Source: an uncultured Candidatus Binatia bacterium (GTDB taxonomy: Bacteria; Desulfobacterota; Binatia; Bin18). Taken from it: 64,000 bases of DNA. Below the pieces are notes generated by a model. The model was not told the origin of the DNA and searched no databases. It saw only the letters and a list, made by a program, of their open reading frames with translations. The stretch spans positions 2,784,001 through 2,848,000 of the forward strand of contig OZ243961.1 of the NCBI GenBank assembly GCA_965214605.1. The letters run 5' to 3'. Of this stretch, positions 46,305-56,709 are shown one piece after another; positions within the stretch are counted from its first letter, which is position 1; each line of letters begins with the position of its first letter. The position numbers and the translations under genes were made by a program.

Positions 46305-47174
46305 ATGGCTCGCACTTCATCTGAGACAACAGCGTTTGATCTGCGTATCTTTTCGTATCTGCCCAACCCCCGGATCTGGAAGGCGACTATCGCCGCCCGG
46401 CTGTGCGGTGTCCGGCTCGATCTCAGGGGCAGCAAGCCGCGCGAGTTATCGAACTGGCTGTGGGATTTTGACGCTCGGCCTCTGACCGATGAGGAGCGCG
46501 AGGGACCCCAGGCGACCGAACGACAAGCGCGGAGCGGCTTTTCAGGCCGTTTGTACAAGACTGAGGCGTTTCTGGACGCCCATCCGTTTGGCACCGTGCC
46601 GGCTGCTTTTAGCCCGGATGGCATGGTTGGCATCTTTGAGTCCAACAGTATTATGCGGGCCGTTGCCCGCTTGGGTCAGGGCACCTATCCCCTGTACGGC
46701 ACGGACGCCTACACCGCGGCGCGTATCGACAGCTTCCTCGACGCTAGCTTGGTGTTTGCCCGAGATATGCAACTGTATTTACTCGCCTTGGCGGACGGCT
46801 CGCTCACGCCCGACCTCCACACTCGCATGAAAACCGCTTTTGAGGGATATCTGAGCGGCATTGAGCGGGGCTTAGCTCCTGACCGTCGGTTCTTGGTCGG
46901 CGACGCGATCACGCTGGCCGATATCTGCTTTGTGGCTGAACTGACGCTCTTCTCCAACGAGAAGACCCAGGCGCCTCGTCTGGCCGAACAGCACCTCGCC
47001 CTGATCTTTCACGACAAGGTTGCAGCCCAATTTCCCAGAGCTTTTGCTCACTATGCCGGACTGTGTCAGCATCCGGCGTTTCGGCCTGACGTGGCACCCT
47101 ATGTGGAGAAGCTAGAACGCAATAGTGCCAAGGATGGGGCGCGTGGAAGTCAGAGTCCCGATATGGTGTCTTGA
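46305..47174 (+). CDS. Glutathione S-transferase-like protein resembling the eEF1B-gamma N-terminal domain
   Basis: SYLPNPRIWKATIAA, FLDAHPFGTVPA, IFESNSI, FLVGDAITLADI. Confidence 0.8.
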   Translation: MARTSSETTAFDLRIFSYLPNPRIWKATIAARLCGVRLDLRGSKPRELSNWLWDFDARPLTDEEREGPQATERQARSGFSGRLYKTEAFLDAHPFGTVPAAFSPDGMVGIFESNSIMRAVARLGQGTYPLYGTDAYTAARIDSFLDASLVFARDMQLYLLALADGSLTPDLHTRMKTAFEGYLSGIERGLAPDRRFLVGDAITLADICFVAELTLFSNEKTQAPRLAEQHLALIFHDKVAAQFPRAFAHYAGLCQHPAFRPDVAPYVEKLERNSAKDGARGSQSPDMVS

Positions 47175-48043
47175 GGGACGGGGAGAGGTGAGCCGGCCCT
47201 GCGCAGGTATACCCCCTCTCTTATTTGCTCTGAGGCCTGTTGTATGATGGAGCGGCAGTCACAAAAGGACGTGTCTAAGAGTGCGGCATTGCGTTCACGG
47301 AACTGTGGATCCCGCCTCTTGTCAGGCAGAGGAACAAAAAACACCCCCTGCACAAAGTCGCTATCTTTGAGCCGCTGTAACAGGCCTCTGCGGCCCAGTT
47401 TGCGCAACGCAACAGCCATGAGCTTCCCGAGTGCAGATAACAGGACGTTTCTTGCGGAGACAGACTCGTTGACAATGTGTCGCTCGGTCTGGAGACACGG
47501 AGTGGTCCCGCACAGAGAGGTCAGCACATCCAGAGCAGTTGCGGTGTGCTTGGTCAGGGTCGAGAAAGAGATGGTGAGAACATCGACATCAAGCCGATAG
47601 ATGTTGACGAGTTGCTCTGGTTGAAGCCTATCCCGTACGACGGCGTCCTCTAAGAGCCGCGGACTGATCCAGGCCTGCCAATACCCTCGACTCTTTCTAA
47701 ACCGGAGCATTGAAGCAGCACGCGCACGGTGTCTCCTGAAGAGCACGACAAGCAGGAGCCGATGACCGCTGCGTTTGAGCGCCTCAACACCTGTAGAGAG
47801 CAAAGGATCTTTGTAGGCGAGATTGGCGATGTCGGCCACTATGGCTTTGTTGCCAGCGTTTCGTTGGGACCACACCCGCTTGAATTGTTTTGGCGACCGG
47901 TAGTAATAGGCCTCTTTCGACTCCAGAAATGCAAAGCCTGGGTGATGTTTCAGGTTCTCGTACAGGAATGTACTCCCGGACCGGCCTGGCCCTATCACGA
48001 GCAGATAATCGTACCTCACGGGACGGCTCAGCTTATCGCACAA
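47150..48043 (-). CDS. Sulfotransferase-family P-loop protein
   Basis: VIGPGRSGSTFLYENLKHHP...KEAYY (5'-PSB-like) and FRRHRARAAS (3'-PB-like). Confidence 0.7.
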   Translation of the reverse strand: MCDKLSRPVRYDYLLVIGPGRSGSTFLYENLKHHPGFAFLESKEAYYYRSPKQFKRVWSQRNAGNKAIVADIANLAYKDPLLSTGVEALKRSGHRLLLVVLFRRHRARAASMLRFRKSRGYWQAWISPRLLEDAVVRDRLQPEQLVNIYRLDVDVLTISFSTLTKHTATALDVLTSLCGTTPCLQTERHIVNESVSARNVLLSALGKLMAVALRKLGRRGLLQRLKDSDFVQGVFFVPLPDKRRDPQFRERNAALLDTSFCDCRSIIQQASEQIREGVYLRRAGSPLPVPQDTISGL

Positions 48044-49061
48044 CGCTGGGCCGTTTCCCCTTCTTCCAAATCGGGCAGAAGAAGCCGACTCCCCAACTCA
48101 GGTGCATGGTAGCTAGGATTAAGGGGAGAAGGAAGGTGCAGGGGGCACGGCGATGAAAACCGACGGCCAACGACCCGACCACCAGGGTGGAAAGGTAGAC
48201 GAGGGGCAGCGCACTCGCCATCTGTATGAATCCGGAGCCGGCTAACACCACCGAGGCTATGAGACCGAGCACCAACAGCGGAGCGGCGAGCTGCCGGGGC
48301 CGCAGCGAAGTTGGATGCTTGCTTAACATAACCCGTTTCCACCGACCATAGTCGAAGTACTGCCGCGCCAGTGTCCGAAGGTTGCCGCGGGGCCGGTAGA
48401 GAACTACCAGTTTGGGATCGAACCAGACCCTTCTGCCCCGCTTGCGCAGTCGCCAGTTGAGTTCGGCGTCCTGATTTCGCATTAAGGTCGGGTCGAATCC
48501 CCCCACCGCTTCCAGCTCCTCCCGTCGAAATGCCCCCAAGTAGACGGTGTCGGTGGGTCCCTCGACCCCTCCTAGCCGGTAGCGTGCGTCTCCCACCCCT
48601 AGGGGGGTAGTCATGGCGATCACCAGCGCCCGTTCGAATGTGGAAGTCCCGATAGGCTGTTGTTTGCCGCCGACGTTGGCCGCTCCGGTTCTCTCCAGTG
48701 TCTCGACAACCCGTTGCAGGTAGCCGGGTGGAAGCACCGCATGGGCGTCGCACCGCACGATGATCTGACCTATTGCCTTTCGAATCGCGCGGTTGAGGCC
48801 GGCCGAGGTGGACTGGGCCGGATTAGGGATCACGTGCACTGTCGGATACGCGCAGCGGACTAGCTCCGCGGTCGCCTCGGTATCAGACCCATCGGCCAGG
48901 AGCACTTCTACTAGACCCGCGTATTCTTGGGATAATACCGAATCAAGCGTAGCGGCAATAACCGCTTCCGCATTCCGGGCCGGGATAACCACCGAGACTG
49001 AGGGATTGGGAGAAGTAAGAGAGGCAGATGTCACAGCCTGCTGGTCATTAGCGCTCACCAT
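48033..49061 (-). CDS. Glycosyltransferase family 2 (ExoA-like)
   Basis: SVVIPARN, ADGSD, VRCDAH, GGFDP..RNQDAELNWRL, RQYFDYGRWK; C-terminal TM helices. Confidence 0.9.
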   Translation of the reverse strand: MVSANDQQAVTSASLTSPNPSVSVVIPARNAEAVIAATLDSVLSQEYAGLVEVLLADGSDTEATAELVRCAYPTVHVIPNPAQSTSAGLNRAIRKAIGQIIVRCDAHAVLPPGYLQRVVETLERTGAANVGGKQQPIGTSTFERALVIAMTTPLGVGDARYRLGGVEGPTDTVYLGAFRREELEAVGGFDPTLMRNQDAELNWRLRKRGRRVWFDPKLVVLYRPRGNLRTLARQYFDYGRWKRVMLSKHPTSLRPRQLAAPLLVLGLIASVVLAGSGFIQMASALPLVYLSTLVVGSLAVGFHRRAPCTFLLPLILATMHLSWGVGFFCPIWKKGKRPSVVR

Positions 49062-49218
49062 GTCAAATTTTCCTGCATTAGGTCCATTTTACCCAACCTA
49101 GAGACAATGGATTAAAGCCCATGCTGAGCGCAGGGAACTACAGAAGACTATAGGGACCATTTCAAGATGGCAAGACCCCTAACGACCCCCGTCTCTGAGG
49201 AGCTGCTCCCAGCCATAA

Positions 49219-49247
49219 TTGATTGCCTGGTGTCCCTCTGGCACAAT
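49219..49247 (+). promoter_or_regulatory. Candidate promoter of aspS
   Basis: TTGATT-N17-CACAAT with TG just upstream of the -10. Confidence 0.4.
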
Positions 49248-49267
49248 AGCTTACTCTGGACGGAGGG

Positions 49268-51091
49268 ATGACTACACAGTCGTTCCTCCTTTTCCGTATG
49301 GAGGGCAAGGGAGACACTGTGGAATCTTTAGGCGACTGGCGGCGGAGCTGCCTCTGTGGAGTTCCTCGGAGCAACCAGGTGGGGCAAGAGATAGTCCTGA
49401 TGGGCTGGGTCCACTCCCAGCGCGACCACGGCGGCGTCACCTTTATTGACCTGCGTGACCGTTCGGGGCTGGTCCAGATTGTGTGCAGTCCCCAGGTCAG
49501 TCCGGCTGCCCATAACCGGGCCAAACTCCTGCGGGCCGAGTTTGTGGTGGCCGCCCGGGGCCGGCTGGAGCGGCGCTCGGCCGAAACGATCAACTCGAAT
49601 CTGCCGACCGGCGAGGTTGAGCTGGTCGTCGATGAGTTGCGAATTTTGAATCCCTCCCAGACTCCGCCCTTTCCGATTGAGGACGACCCCGAGCCTAGCG
49701 AAAATACCCGTCTACGCTATCGCTATCTGGATCTGCGGCGGCCAAAGATGTTTGAAAATCTCCGTCTGCGCCACCGTCTGGCCAAAATTGTCCGGGATTA
49801 TCTGGATGGTGAAGAATTTTTGGAAATTGAAACGCCGATCCTGACCCGCAGCACCCCCGAAGGCGCGCGGGACTATTTGGTGCCGAGTCGCGTGAATCCA
49901 GGTGCTTTTTTTGCCCTGCCCCAGTCTCCACAGCTGTTCAAACAGCTCTTGATGGTCAGCAGCTTGGATAAGTATTTCCAGATTGTACGCTGCTTTCGGG
50001 ATGAAGATCTGCGGGCTGACCGCCAGCCGGAGTTTACTCAGATTGATGTTGAAATGTCGTTTGTCCGACCCAATGACATTTTTCGTCTGATCGAAGGTAT
50101 GATGATCCGGCTGTGCCGGGAGGTCAAGGGCTTTGAGCCGCCTACCCCGTTTCTGCGCTTGCCGTATGCCGAGGCCATGGCGCGCTACGGGACTGATAAA
50201 CCGGATATCCGGTTTGGTCTGGAGCTGCAGGAGCTGACCGAACTGTTCAAAAACACCGACATCAAAGTCTTCCGCGACGTGGTTGCCAGTGGCGGAGTTG
50301 TCCGCGGGATTGTCGTACCAAATGCAGGATTTTCGCGCAAAGAGATCGACGATCTGACGCCGCTGGCGATCAGCTTTGGGGCCAAAGGTTTGGCTTGGTT
50401 TCGGATGACCGCGGCTGGCTGGCAGTCTCCTCTGGCCAAGTTTGTCGACGACCAGGATAAACAGGCTATTACAGCGGCGCTGGAGCTGAAAGAGGGCGAC
50501 CTCGTGGTGATCGTGGCCGATACCAAACCGGTGGTGTGCGACGTCTTGTCCCGGCTGCGGCTGCACCTCGGAGACGCCTTAGGACTCATTCCTACACAGG
50601 AGTTCAACTTCCTGTGGGTGACGGATTTTCCGCTCCTCGAGTATGATGCCGAGACCAAACGGTATACCGCCATGCACCATCCGTTTACCTCTCCGCACGA
50701 CGATGATGTCCCCCTGTTGGAGACCGCCCCCGGAAAAGCCCGTGCCTTTGCCTATGACCTCGTCCTCAACGGCGTGGAGCTGGGCGGGGGCAGTATAAGA
50801 ATTCATAGCCAGGACATCCAGCAACAGATCTTTGCCCTGTTAGGCATAAACGAGGTCGAGGCGCAGGAGAAATTCGGTTTTCTGATGGAGGCGCTGTCAT
50901 ATGGGGCTCCCCCACACGGGGGGATTGCGTTGGGTTTCGACCGCTTAGCCATGCTGTTTGCCGGGGCCGACTCGCTGCGCGAGGTGATTGCCTTTCCCAA
51001 GACCGCCAAGGCCGTATGTTTGATGACAAACGCCCCTAATCGGGTTGATACCAAGCAGCTACACGAACTCAATATCAAAGTGGCCGAGTGA
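49268..51091 (+). CDS. aspS: Aspartate--tRNA ligase; true start possibly GTG 49319
   Basis: RDHGGVTFIDLRD, STPEGARDY, ALPQSPQLFKQ, CFRDEDLRADRQPEFTQID, GAPPHGGIA. Confidence 0.97.
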   Translation: MTTQSFLLFRMEGKGDTVESLGDWRRSCLCGVPRSNQVGQEIVLMGWVHSQRDHGGVTFIDLRDRSGLVQIVCSPQVSPAAHNRAKLLRAEFVVAARGRLERRSAETINSNLPTGEVELVVDELRILNPSQTPPFPIEDDPEPSENTRLRYRYLDLRRPKMFENLRLRHRLAKIVRDYLDGEEFLEIETPILTRSTPEGARDYLVPSRVNPGAFFALPQSPQLFKQLLMVSSLDKYFQIVRCFRDEDLRADRQPEFTQIDVEMSFVRPNDIFRLIEGMMIRLCREVKGFEPPTPFLRLPYAEAMARYGTDKPDIRFGLELQELTELFKNTDIKVFRDVVASGGVVRGIVVPNAGFSRKEIDDLTPLAISFGAKGLAWFRMTAAGWQSPLAKFVDDQDKQAITAALELKEGDLVVIVADTKPVVCDVLSRLRLHLGDALGLIPTQEFNFLWVTDFPLLEYDAETKRYTAMHHPFTSPHDDDVPLLETAPGKARAFAYDLVLNGVELGGGSIRIHSQDIQQQIFALLGINEVEAQEKFGFLMEALSYGAPPHGGIALGFDRLAMLFAGADSLREVIAFPKTAKAVCLMTNAPNRVDTKQLHELNIKVAE

Positions 51092-51126
51092 TCGCTCGGG
51101 GGCAACCCGATCTGGAGAGTGAACCG

Positions 51127-52530
51127 ATGGGGAAGTTACCCCACTGGGGGCGATGTTTGTCCGTCCTCCTGTCTCTTTCCCTGACCCTCCTGCTCCTCCC
51201 TCCAGCCCGAGAGGCGGCTCCGAGTACCGTTGCCCCGCCAACCCCCTGCGGCGGTCTATCGACCGAGAGTTTTACTCTCCGGCCGGACGACCCGCGCTGG
51301 CCAGCCTTTCTCGCCTGGGCCAGGGAGCGGCGTCTTTTCACCTTCACCCTAGTCGGTTTTACCGCGTCGGGCCTCAGCGTCCACTGGGCAACGGGCACGC
51401 AGTGGGAAACACAGGTGACGCTGCCCGTGGGGCAAGCCCTAGCCCATCTGATCGCCGAATGGCGGTGGCAGGATACGGATTTCCCCGAGTTTTTTGCCCC
51501 GCGGGGCGGTATGTACGGGGTGAATCTGGCCGAGCGTCTGGCCCTGCTTGATACCGACACCCTCGCGGCCTGGCGGATATTTTTCGACACCCTGCCGGCC
51601 AACGCGCCCCTCTCCGCTCATCTGTCTGCCGTTGCTCCAGACGGACAGTCTGCCGAGGTCACGTTCGGCTCAGACCGCGTTGTCACTTACTCGGCCCAGC
51701 GCGTGGTGCTTGACCTCAGCAGCTTTTTGACCGACTGTCGTCTCTCCCCATTTTTTGAAGCCGCTGACCAGAGCGGAGGTCGGGTCAGCCAAAGGCGTGG
51801 CCTGACACGCCAGCAGGACGCCACTCCGCTCCGCCACCCCAGCCCCTCCCCCCACCGTGGCCAGGTGCTCTACGAACAGCAGTGCGCCGGTTGTCATGGG
51901 ATTGAGGGCGACGGCCAGGGCGTCGTTGCAGCACATCTGACTCCTCGACCACGCGATTTTACCCGCGCCCTTTTTCGTTATCGCTCGACCCCAACCGGCC
52001 AGCTCCCGACGGATGAAGATTTACACCGCTCGGTAACGCACGGCTTGGCTGGCAGCGGGATGCCCGCGTTTGGGGCTTTTCTCAGCCCAGCCGACATCCG
52101 CGACATGGTGGGCTACGTGAAGCAGTTTTCTCCTCGTTTTGAGCGGGAAAGCCCCCCGCGCCGGCTCGACATCCTAACCCCGCCTGCGGTGTCTGCAGAG
52201 CGCGCGGCGCGTGGCGCGCAGCTCTACCAAGACTCGGGCTGCGCAAGTTGTCATGGCGATACAGGGAAAGGCGACGGCCGTTCCGGACAAGATCTGAAAA
52301 CCTCTGAAGGAGAGCCGATTGCGCCCCGGGATCTGACGGATAAATGGCGCTTCCGCGGTGGCTATAGCGCCCAGGCGGTGTTTCAGCGTTTGGCGACAGG
52401 CATGGATGGGTCATCAATGGCGTCGTACAGCGATGCGCTGACGGAAGACCAAATGTGGGATCTCGTGTTTTATGTCCTGACCTTATCGCCTCGGGAAAGG
52501 CCGCAGGCGAGAGCAGATACGACACCCTAA
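51127..52530 (+). CDS. Exported dihaem c-type cytochrome with an unrecognised N-terminal domain
   Basis: Signal-like LSVLLSLSLTLLLLPPAREA; CAGCH...GSGMPAF and CASCH...GSSMASY; PRPRDF and APRDL motifs. Confidence 0.85.
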   Translation: MGKLPHWGRCLSVLLSLSLTLLLLPPAREAAPSTVAPPTPCGGLSTESFTLRPDDPRWPAFLAWARERRLFTFTLVGFTASGLSVHWATGTQWETQVTLPVGQALAHLIAEWRWQDTDFPEFFAPRGGMYGVNLAERLALLDTDTLAAWRIFFDTLPANAPLSAHLSAVAPDGQSAEVTFGSDRVVTYSAQRVVLDLSSFLTDCRLSPFFEAADQSGGRVSQRRGLTRQQDATPLRHPSPSPHRGQVLYEQQCAGCHGIEGDGQGVVAAHLTPRPRDFTRALFRYRSTPTGQLPTDEDLHRSVTHGLAGSGMPAFGAFLSPADIRDMVGYVKQFSPRFERESPPRRLDILTPPAVSAERAARGAQLYQDSGCASCHGDTGKGDGRSGQDLKTSEGEPIAPRDLTDKWRFRGGYSAQAVFQRLATGMDGSSMASYSDALTEDQMWDLVFYVLTLSPRERPQARADTTP

Positions 52531-52548
52531 TAAGGAGAGGAGGTCCGT

Positions 52549-53382
52549 GTGGGAAAACTCGATGGACGGACGGCAATGATCACGGGTGGGGCAAGTGGGA
52601 TTGGTGCGGCAACGGTAGGACTGTTTGTTGAAGAAGGGGCCCGGGTGCTGATTGCAGACCTCCAGGAAGAAAAGGGGCGGCAGCTGGCCGCTAGTCTGGG
52701 AGAAAACGCCGCCTTCCTCAAGGTGAATGTGACCCGCGAGGCAGACATACAGGGGGCGATTGCTGGCCTGGTGTCGCGCTGGGGCCGGCTTGACTGTGTG
52801 TATAACAATGCGGGGTTTGGGGGAGCCCTGGGTCCGATTGAGACGACCGAGGTTGAAGACTACGATATGACCTTTGACGTGTTGCTCAAGAGCGTCTTTT
52901 TGGGCATGAAGCATGCCGCTTCGGTAATGAAGCGGCAGCGTGCCGGCAGCATTATCAGTACGGCGAGTGCTGCTGGCCTGGAAGCCGGTATGGCGCCCCA
53001 TCTATACAGCGTTGCCAAGGCCGGAGTCGTGCAGCTGACAAAGTCTGTGGCCCTAGAACTGGGCGAGTACGGGATTCGAGTTAATTGTATTTGTCCGGGG
53101 GCAATTGTGACACCGCTGGCGGTCGGTCGGCCCGAACCTCGAACGGATCAGGTGCAGGCCCTGCGGGAAAATGCCGCCCGCATGCACGCCCTCAATCGGG
53201 TGGGGGAGCCCGAAGAAATTGCGCGGGCCGCACTGTGGCTAGCGAGTGACGATTCGAGCTTTGTGACAGGCCAGGCCTTAGCCGTTGACGGCGGGGTGAC
53301 GGCTGGCCGGCCGTGGCGTAGCCTGCCGGAGTTTCAGCGCACCCCGCACCCGATTCGGATGTACCGCCTGCCCGAGGAATGA
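52549..53382 (+). CDS. Short-chain dehydrogenase/reductase
   Basis: TGGASGIG, NNAG, YSVAK, VTGQALAVDGG. Confidence 0.92.
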   Translation: MGKLDGRTAMITGGASGIGAATVGLFVEEGARVLIADLQEEKGRQLAASLGENAAFLKVNVTREADIQGAIAGLVSRWGRLDCVYNNAGFGGALGPIETTEVEDYDMTFDVLLKSVFLGMKHAASVMKRQRAGSIISTASAAGLEAGMAPHLYSVAKAGVVQLTKSVALELGEYGIRVNCICPGAIVTPLAVGRPEPRTDQVQALRENAARMHALNRVGEPEEIARAALWLASDDSSFVTGQALAVDGGVTAGRPWRSLPEFQRTPHPIRMYRLPEE

Positions 53383-53944
53383 GTGAGACGGGGACGGTCC
53401 CGAGGCACTCGGCAATGTGAAAAGAATCGCGGCGGTCAGGGCGATGGTAGTGGCAGTCGTCCAAGTGTGGAGTGTATGGCCGCCTTTGAGCTCTGTGTGC
53501 TCGGCAAGTTCTTTTTCGCTTCCACGGTTCATTCTGGAGCTTGGTGAGCGCCGTTGCTGTAGCCTGCGGCGTCTTTGTCTCGCTTGAAGGCGTTGTCGGA
53601 CAAGCGCCAACGCTTGCCCGCGTTCCTGTCGCCCCCCGACCCTCTCTCTCACCAAATTCGCGCCTGCTGAAAGCTACCTTTTCGCCCAGAGCACTCTCTT
53701 GAGTGCCCGACCAAGATATTTTGTTGGGAGAGGACGGCAGTGGTTTTGTCTGAACAGGCGCAGTGCAGACACAATAGCGATTGAACGTCTCTGAAGAAGG
53801 CGTGTGGGAAGAGCCGGATGATATTAAGGAGCATGGCTCCCGTTGCGAGTGGAGATTCCCCTTTGGGTTGGTTTGAGACGCTTCGTGTCGATGGAGCCGT
53901 AAAGCGTCGGTCCAACGATCTTCTTCCCCCTGTACTCTTTCTTG

Positions 53945-54622
53945 TCAGTGAGGGGAGGAAGGCAGCGGTCTGTGTCGCGGTCCATTCTCCTGCTGCGCCT
54001 CTTTGCGGGCCTTTTTACCCAGATATCCGCCGTGGTGGAATTTTGCGTAGTCGGCCTTGGTAAAGCGTTTTCTGTCCATCAATACAAGCGCAAGCGCGTC
54101 GCCTAGCGCCATCATCGCCGTTGTACTCGACGACGGGGTCAGGCCGAGTGAACAGGCTTCTTTGATCGTACCAATACTCAACACCACGTCACTCTGGCGG
54201 GCGATAGGAGAACGCGGATGGCTGGTAATGGCGATGAGCGGCATGCGGTTGAGCGCCTTGGCTCGATCGAGCATTTCGATCACTTCTCGCGTTTTGCCGC
54301 TATTGGAGAAGGTGATCATCACATCGTCTTTGGTGACCAGGCCAAGATCGCCATGGGCGGCTTCTCCAGGATGCAGAAAACAGGCCGGGGTGCCGGTCGA
54401 TGACAGGGTGGTGGCAATTTTCAGCGCCACGATTCCGACTTTGCCCATACCGGTGGTGATGACCTTGCCTTTGCAGTTCTGCAAGAGGTGGACCGCATGG
54501 AGAAAGTTGGCGTTGAGCGGAATGGCCCGAATGGCCTCTGCCTCAGCGTTGAGAATAGCCTGAGCCCGGGTGAGTTCGGGTGGTGGATCGGGTGACTTCT
54601 TCAGTTTCTTGTGAGTCGGCAT
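53945..54622 (-). CDS. kdsD: Arabinose-5-phosphate isomerase KdsD/GutQ-like, SIS domain only
   Basis: TGMGKVG, STGTPACFLHPGEAAHGDLG, SNSGKT, TPSSSTT, FHHGGYLG; no CBS pair. Confidence 0.8.
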   Translation of the reverse strand: MPTHKKLKKSPDPPPELTRAQAILNAEAEAIRAIPLNANFLHAVHLLQNCKGKVITTGMGKVGIVALKIATTLSSTGTPACFLHPGEAAHGDLGLVTKDDVMITFSNSGKTREVIEMLDRAKALNRMPLIAITSHPRSPIARQSDVVLSIGTIKEACSLGLTPSSSTTAMMALGDALALVLMDRKRFTKADYAKFHHGGYLGKKARKEAQQENGPRHRPLPSSPH

Positions 54623-54624
54623 CG

Positions 54625-56709
54625 TTACTTGTGCGCCCGTGTCCGGCGGCTGCTCGGGACTTTCTTTGCCGTCCGACGGGGAGCCACTTCAGGCGTTCCG
54701 GTCGGGGCAGACAGCCCGAGGCTCTGCTGTTCCAAGACATGTAGACGGTTACGCAGCTCGGCGGCTTCTTCAAACTCTAGGGCGGCCGCGGCATGCTGCA
54801 TGGCTTTGCGGGTCTGTTCGATGTGTTTGGCCAACTGCTGGGCGGACAGATATTCTTGGCTCTCCTTGGCAACGGACGGAAGGTCTCCATAGTCGGCTTC
54901 GGAGACCTTGACCAAGGGCGAAGTCAGGGCTTTCTGGATACTTTGCGGCGTGATCTTGTGCCGTTTGTTGTGGGCCGCCTGAATGCGGCGCCGGCGCTCC
55001 GTCTCGTCAAGCGCCCGGCGCATGGAGACGGTGAGCGTATCCGCGTACATCAGGACTTGGCCGTTAACATTGCGGGCGGCCCGGCCAATGGTCTGGATCA
55101 GGGAGCGCTCAGAGCGCAGATAGCCCTCTTTATCGGCGTCGAGAATAGCCACCAAGGACACCTCAGGGATATCCAACCCTTCGCGCAGGAGATTAATCCC
55201 GATCAACACGTCAAACGTGCCGCGCCGCAGGGCGCGAAGGATTTCGACCCGCTCAATAGTGTCGATGTCCGAGTGCAAATAGCGGACTTTAATGCCGATA
55301 TCTTGGTAATAATCGGTCAGATCTTCGGCCAGACGTTTGGTCAAGGTCGTGGCCATGACCCGCTCGCCCTTTTCCACCCGTTTGCGGATTTCTTCCAGCA
55401 GGTCATCAACCTGGTCGTTGGCTGGCCGGACAACAACTTCGGGGTCGAGTAGGCCGGTCGGGCGGATCAGTTGCTCGACCACGTGCCGCTGACTTTTGTC
55501 CAGCTCATAATCACCGGGTGTGGCCGAGACATAGATGGCCTGACCTAGCTTGCGCTCAAATTCCTGGAAGCTGAGCGGCCGATTATCAATTGCCGAAGGA
55601 AGCCGAAAACCGTATTCCACCAAGGTGGTCTTGCGCGAGCGGTCACCCCGGTACATGCCACCGATTTGCGGAATAGTGACATGGCTCTCATCAATGAAGA
55701 GCAGATAATCGTCGGGAAAGTAATCGATCAAGGTGTAGGGCGGCTCGCCCGGCTGTCTGCCGTCCAGATGCCGGGAGTAGTTCTCAATGCCCGGACAGAA
55801 GCCCATCTCGGCTAACAAGGCCAGATCATAGAGGGTTCGTTGTTCTAGGCGCTGGGCTTCCAGAAGCTTGTTTTCGGCTCGCAACTCCTCGAGTTGTTGG
55901 TCGAGTTCGGCGCGGATTGAAGCTGCCGCAGTCCGGGTGCGGCTTGAGGTGGTGACATAGTGACTGGCCGGATAAATGGTGGCTTTATCCAGACGACGCA
56001 ACACTTTTCCCCGGAGGGGGTCAATCTCCACCACCGCCTCGACGCTGTCGCCAAAGAACTCAATCCGGACAGCTCTGTTCTCCTCGTAGGCTGGGAACAC
56101 CTCGACAACGTCGCCGCGCACCCGAAAGGTGCCACGATGAAAGTCGAAATCGTTCCGTTGGTACTGGATGTTAACAAGTTTACGCAGCAGGGCGTCACGA
56201 TCGACCTCGGTGTTTTCCTCAACAAACACGATCAGATCAAAATACGACTCGGGAGACCCTAGGCCATAGATGCAGGAGACGCTAGCAACGATGATGGTAT
56301 CGCGGCGCTCTAACAACGCCTTGGTGGCCGAGTGGCGCATCTTGTCGATCTCTTCGTTGATGGCCGCGTCTTTTTCAATATATGTATCGCTCTGAGGAAC
56401 ATACGCCTCCGGCTGGTAGTAGTCGTAGTAACTGACAAAATACCGCACGGCATTGTGGGGAAAGAGCTCGGCAAACTCAGCGTACAGCTGGGCCGCGAGC
56501 GTCTTGTTCGGGGCGATGATGAGGGCTGGTCGGTTTGATCGGGCAATGACATGGGCCATTGAGAAGGTCTTGCCCGAGCCGGTAACGCCAAGCAAGACTT
56601 GATGCTGGCGGCCCTGGTTGAGTCCCTCAACGAGGGCATCAATCGCCTGGGGCTGATCGCCCTGGGGCTGAAAATCCGAAATGAGCTGAAATGTGTCTTC
56701 CCGCTGCAT
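54625..56709 (-). CDS. uvrB: Excinuclease ABC subunit B
   Basis: [51 protein letters not shown]. Confidence 0.98.
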   Translation of the reverse strand: MQREDTFQLISDFQPQGDQPQAIDALVEGLNQGRQHQVLLGVTGSGKTFSMAHVIARSNRPALIIAPNKTLAAQLYAEFAELFPHNAVRYFVSYYDYYQPEAYVPQSDTYIEKDAAINEEIDKMRHSATKALLERRDTIIVASVSCIYGLGSPESYFDLIVFVEENTEVDRDALLRKLVNIQYQRNDFDFHRGTFRVRGDVVEVFPAYEENRAVRIEFFGDSVEAVVEIDPLRGKVLRRLDKATIYPASHYVTTSSRTRTAAASIRAELDQQLEELRAENKLLEAQRLEQRTLYDLALLAEMGFCPGIENYSRHLDGRQPGEPPYTLIDYFPDDYLLFIDESHVTIPQIGGMYRGDRSRKTTLVEYGFRLPSAIDNRPLSFQEFERKLGQAIYVSATPGDYELDKSQRHVVEQLIRPTGLLDPEVVVRPANDQVDDLLEEIRKRVEKGERVMATTLTKRLAEDLTDYYQDIGIKVRYLHSDIDTIERVEILRALRRGTFDVLIGINLLREGLDIPEVSLVAILDADKEGYLRSERSLIQTIGRAARNVNGQVLMYADTLTVSMRRALDETERRRRIQAAHNKRHKITPQSIQKALTSPLVKVSEADYGDLPSVAKESQEYLSAQQLAKHIEQTRKAMQHAAAALEFEEAAELRNRLHVLEQQSLGLSAPTGTPEVAPRRTAKKVPSSRRTRAHK

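Noticed and set aside
45024-46645. Several 80-230-aa ORFs on both strands after uvrC
   Set aside because: Better explained as comEC pseudogene fragments and their antisense shadows.
49319-49620. AspRS as non-discriminating (RDHGG His)
   Set aside because: The His determinant is present but the second Gly determinant appears replaced (RSAETIN), so it cannot be called from sequence alone.
49712-50566. 284-aa minus-strand ORF
   Set aside because: Lies wholly antisense to aspS; such shadow ORFs are expected in GC-rich genes.
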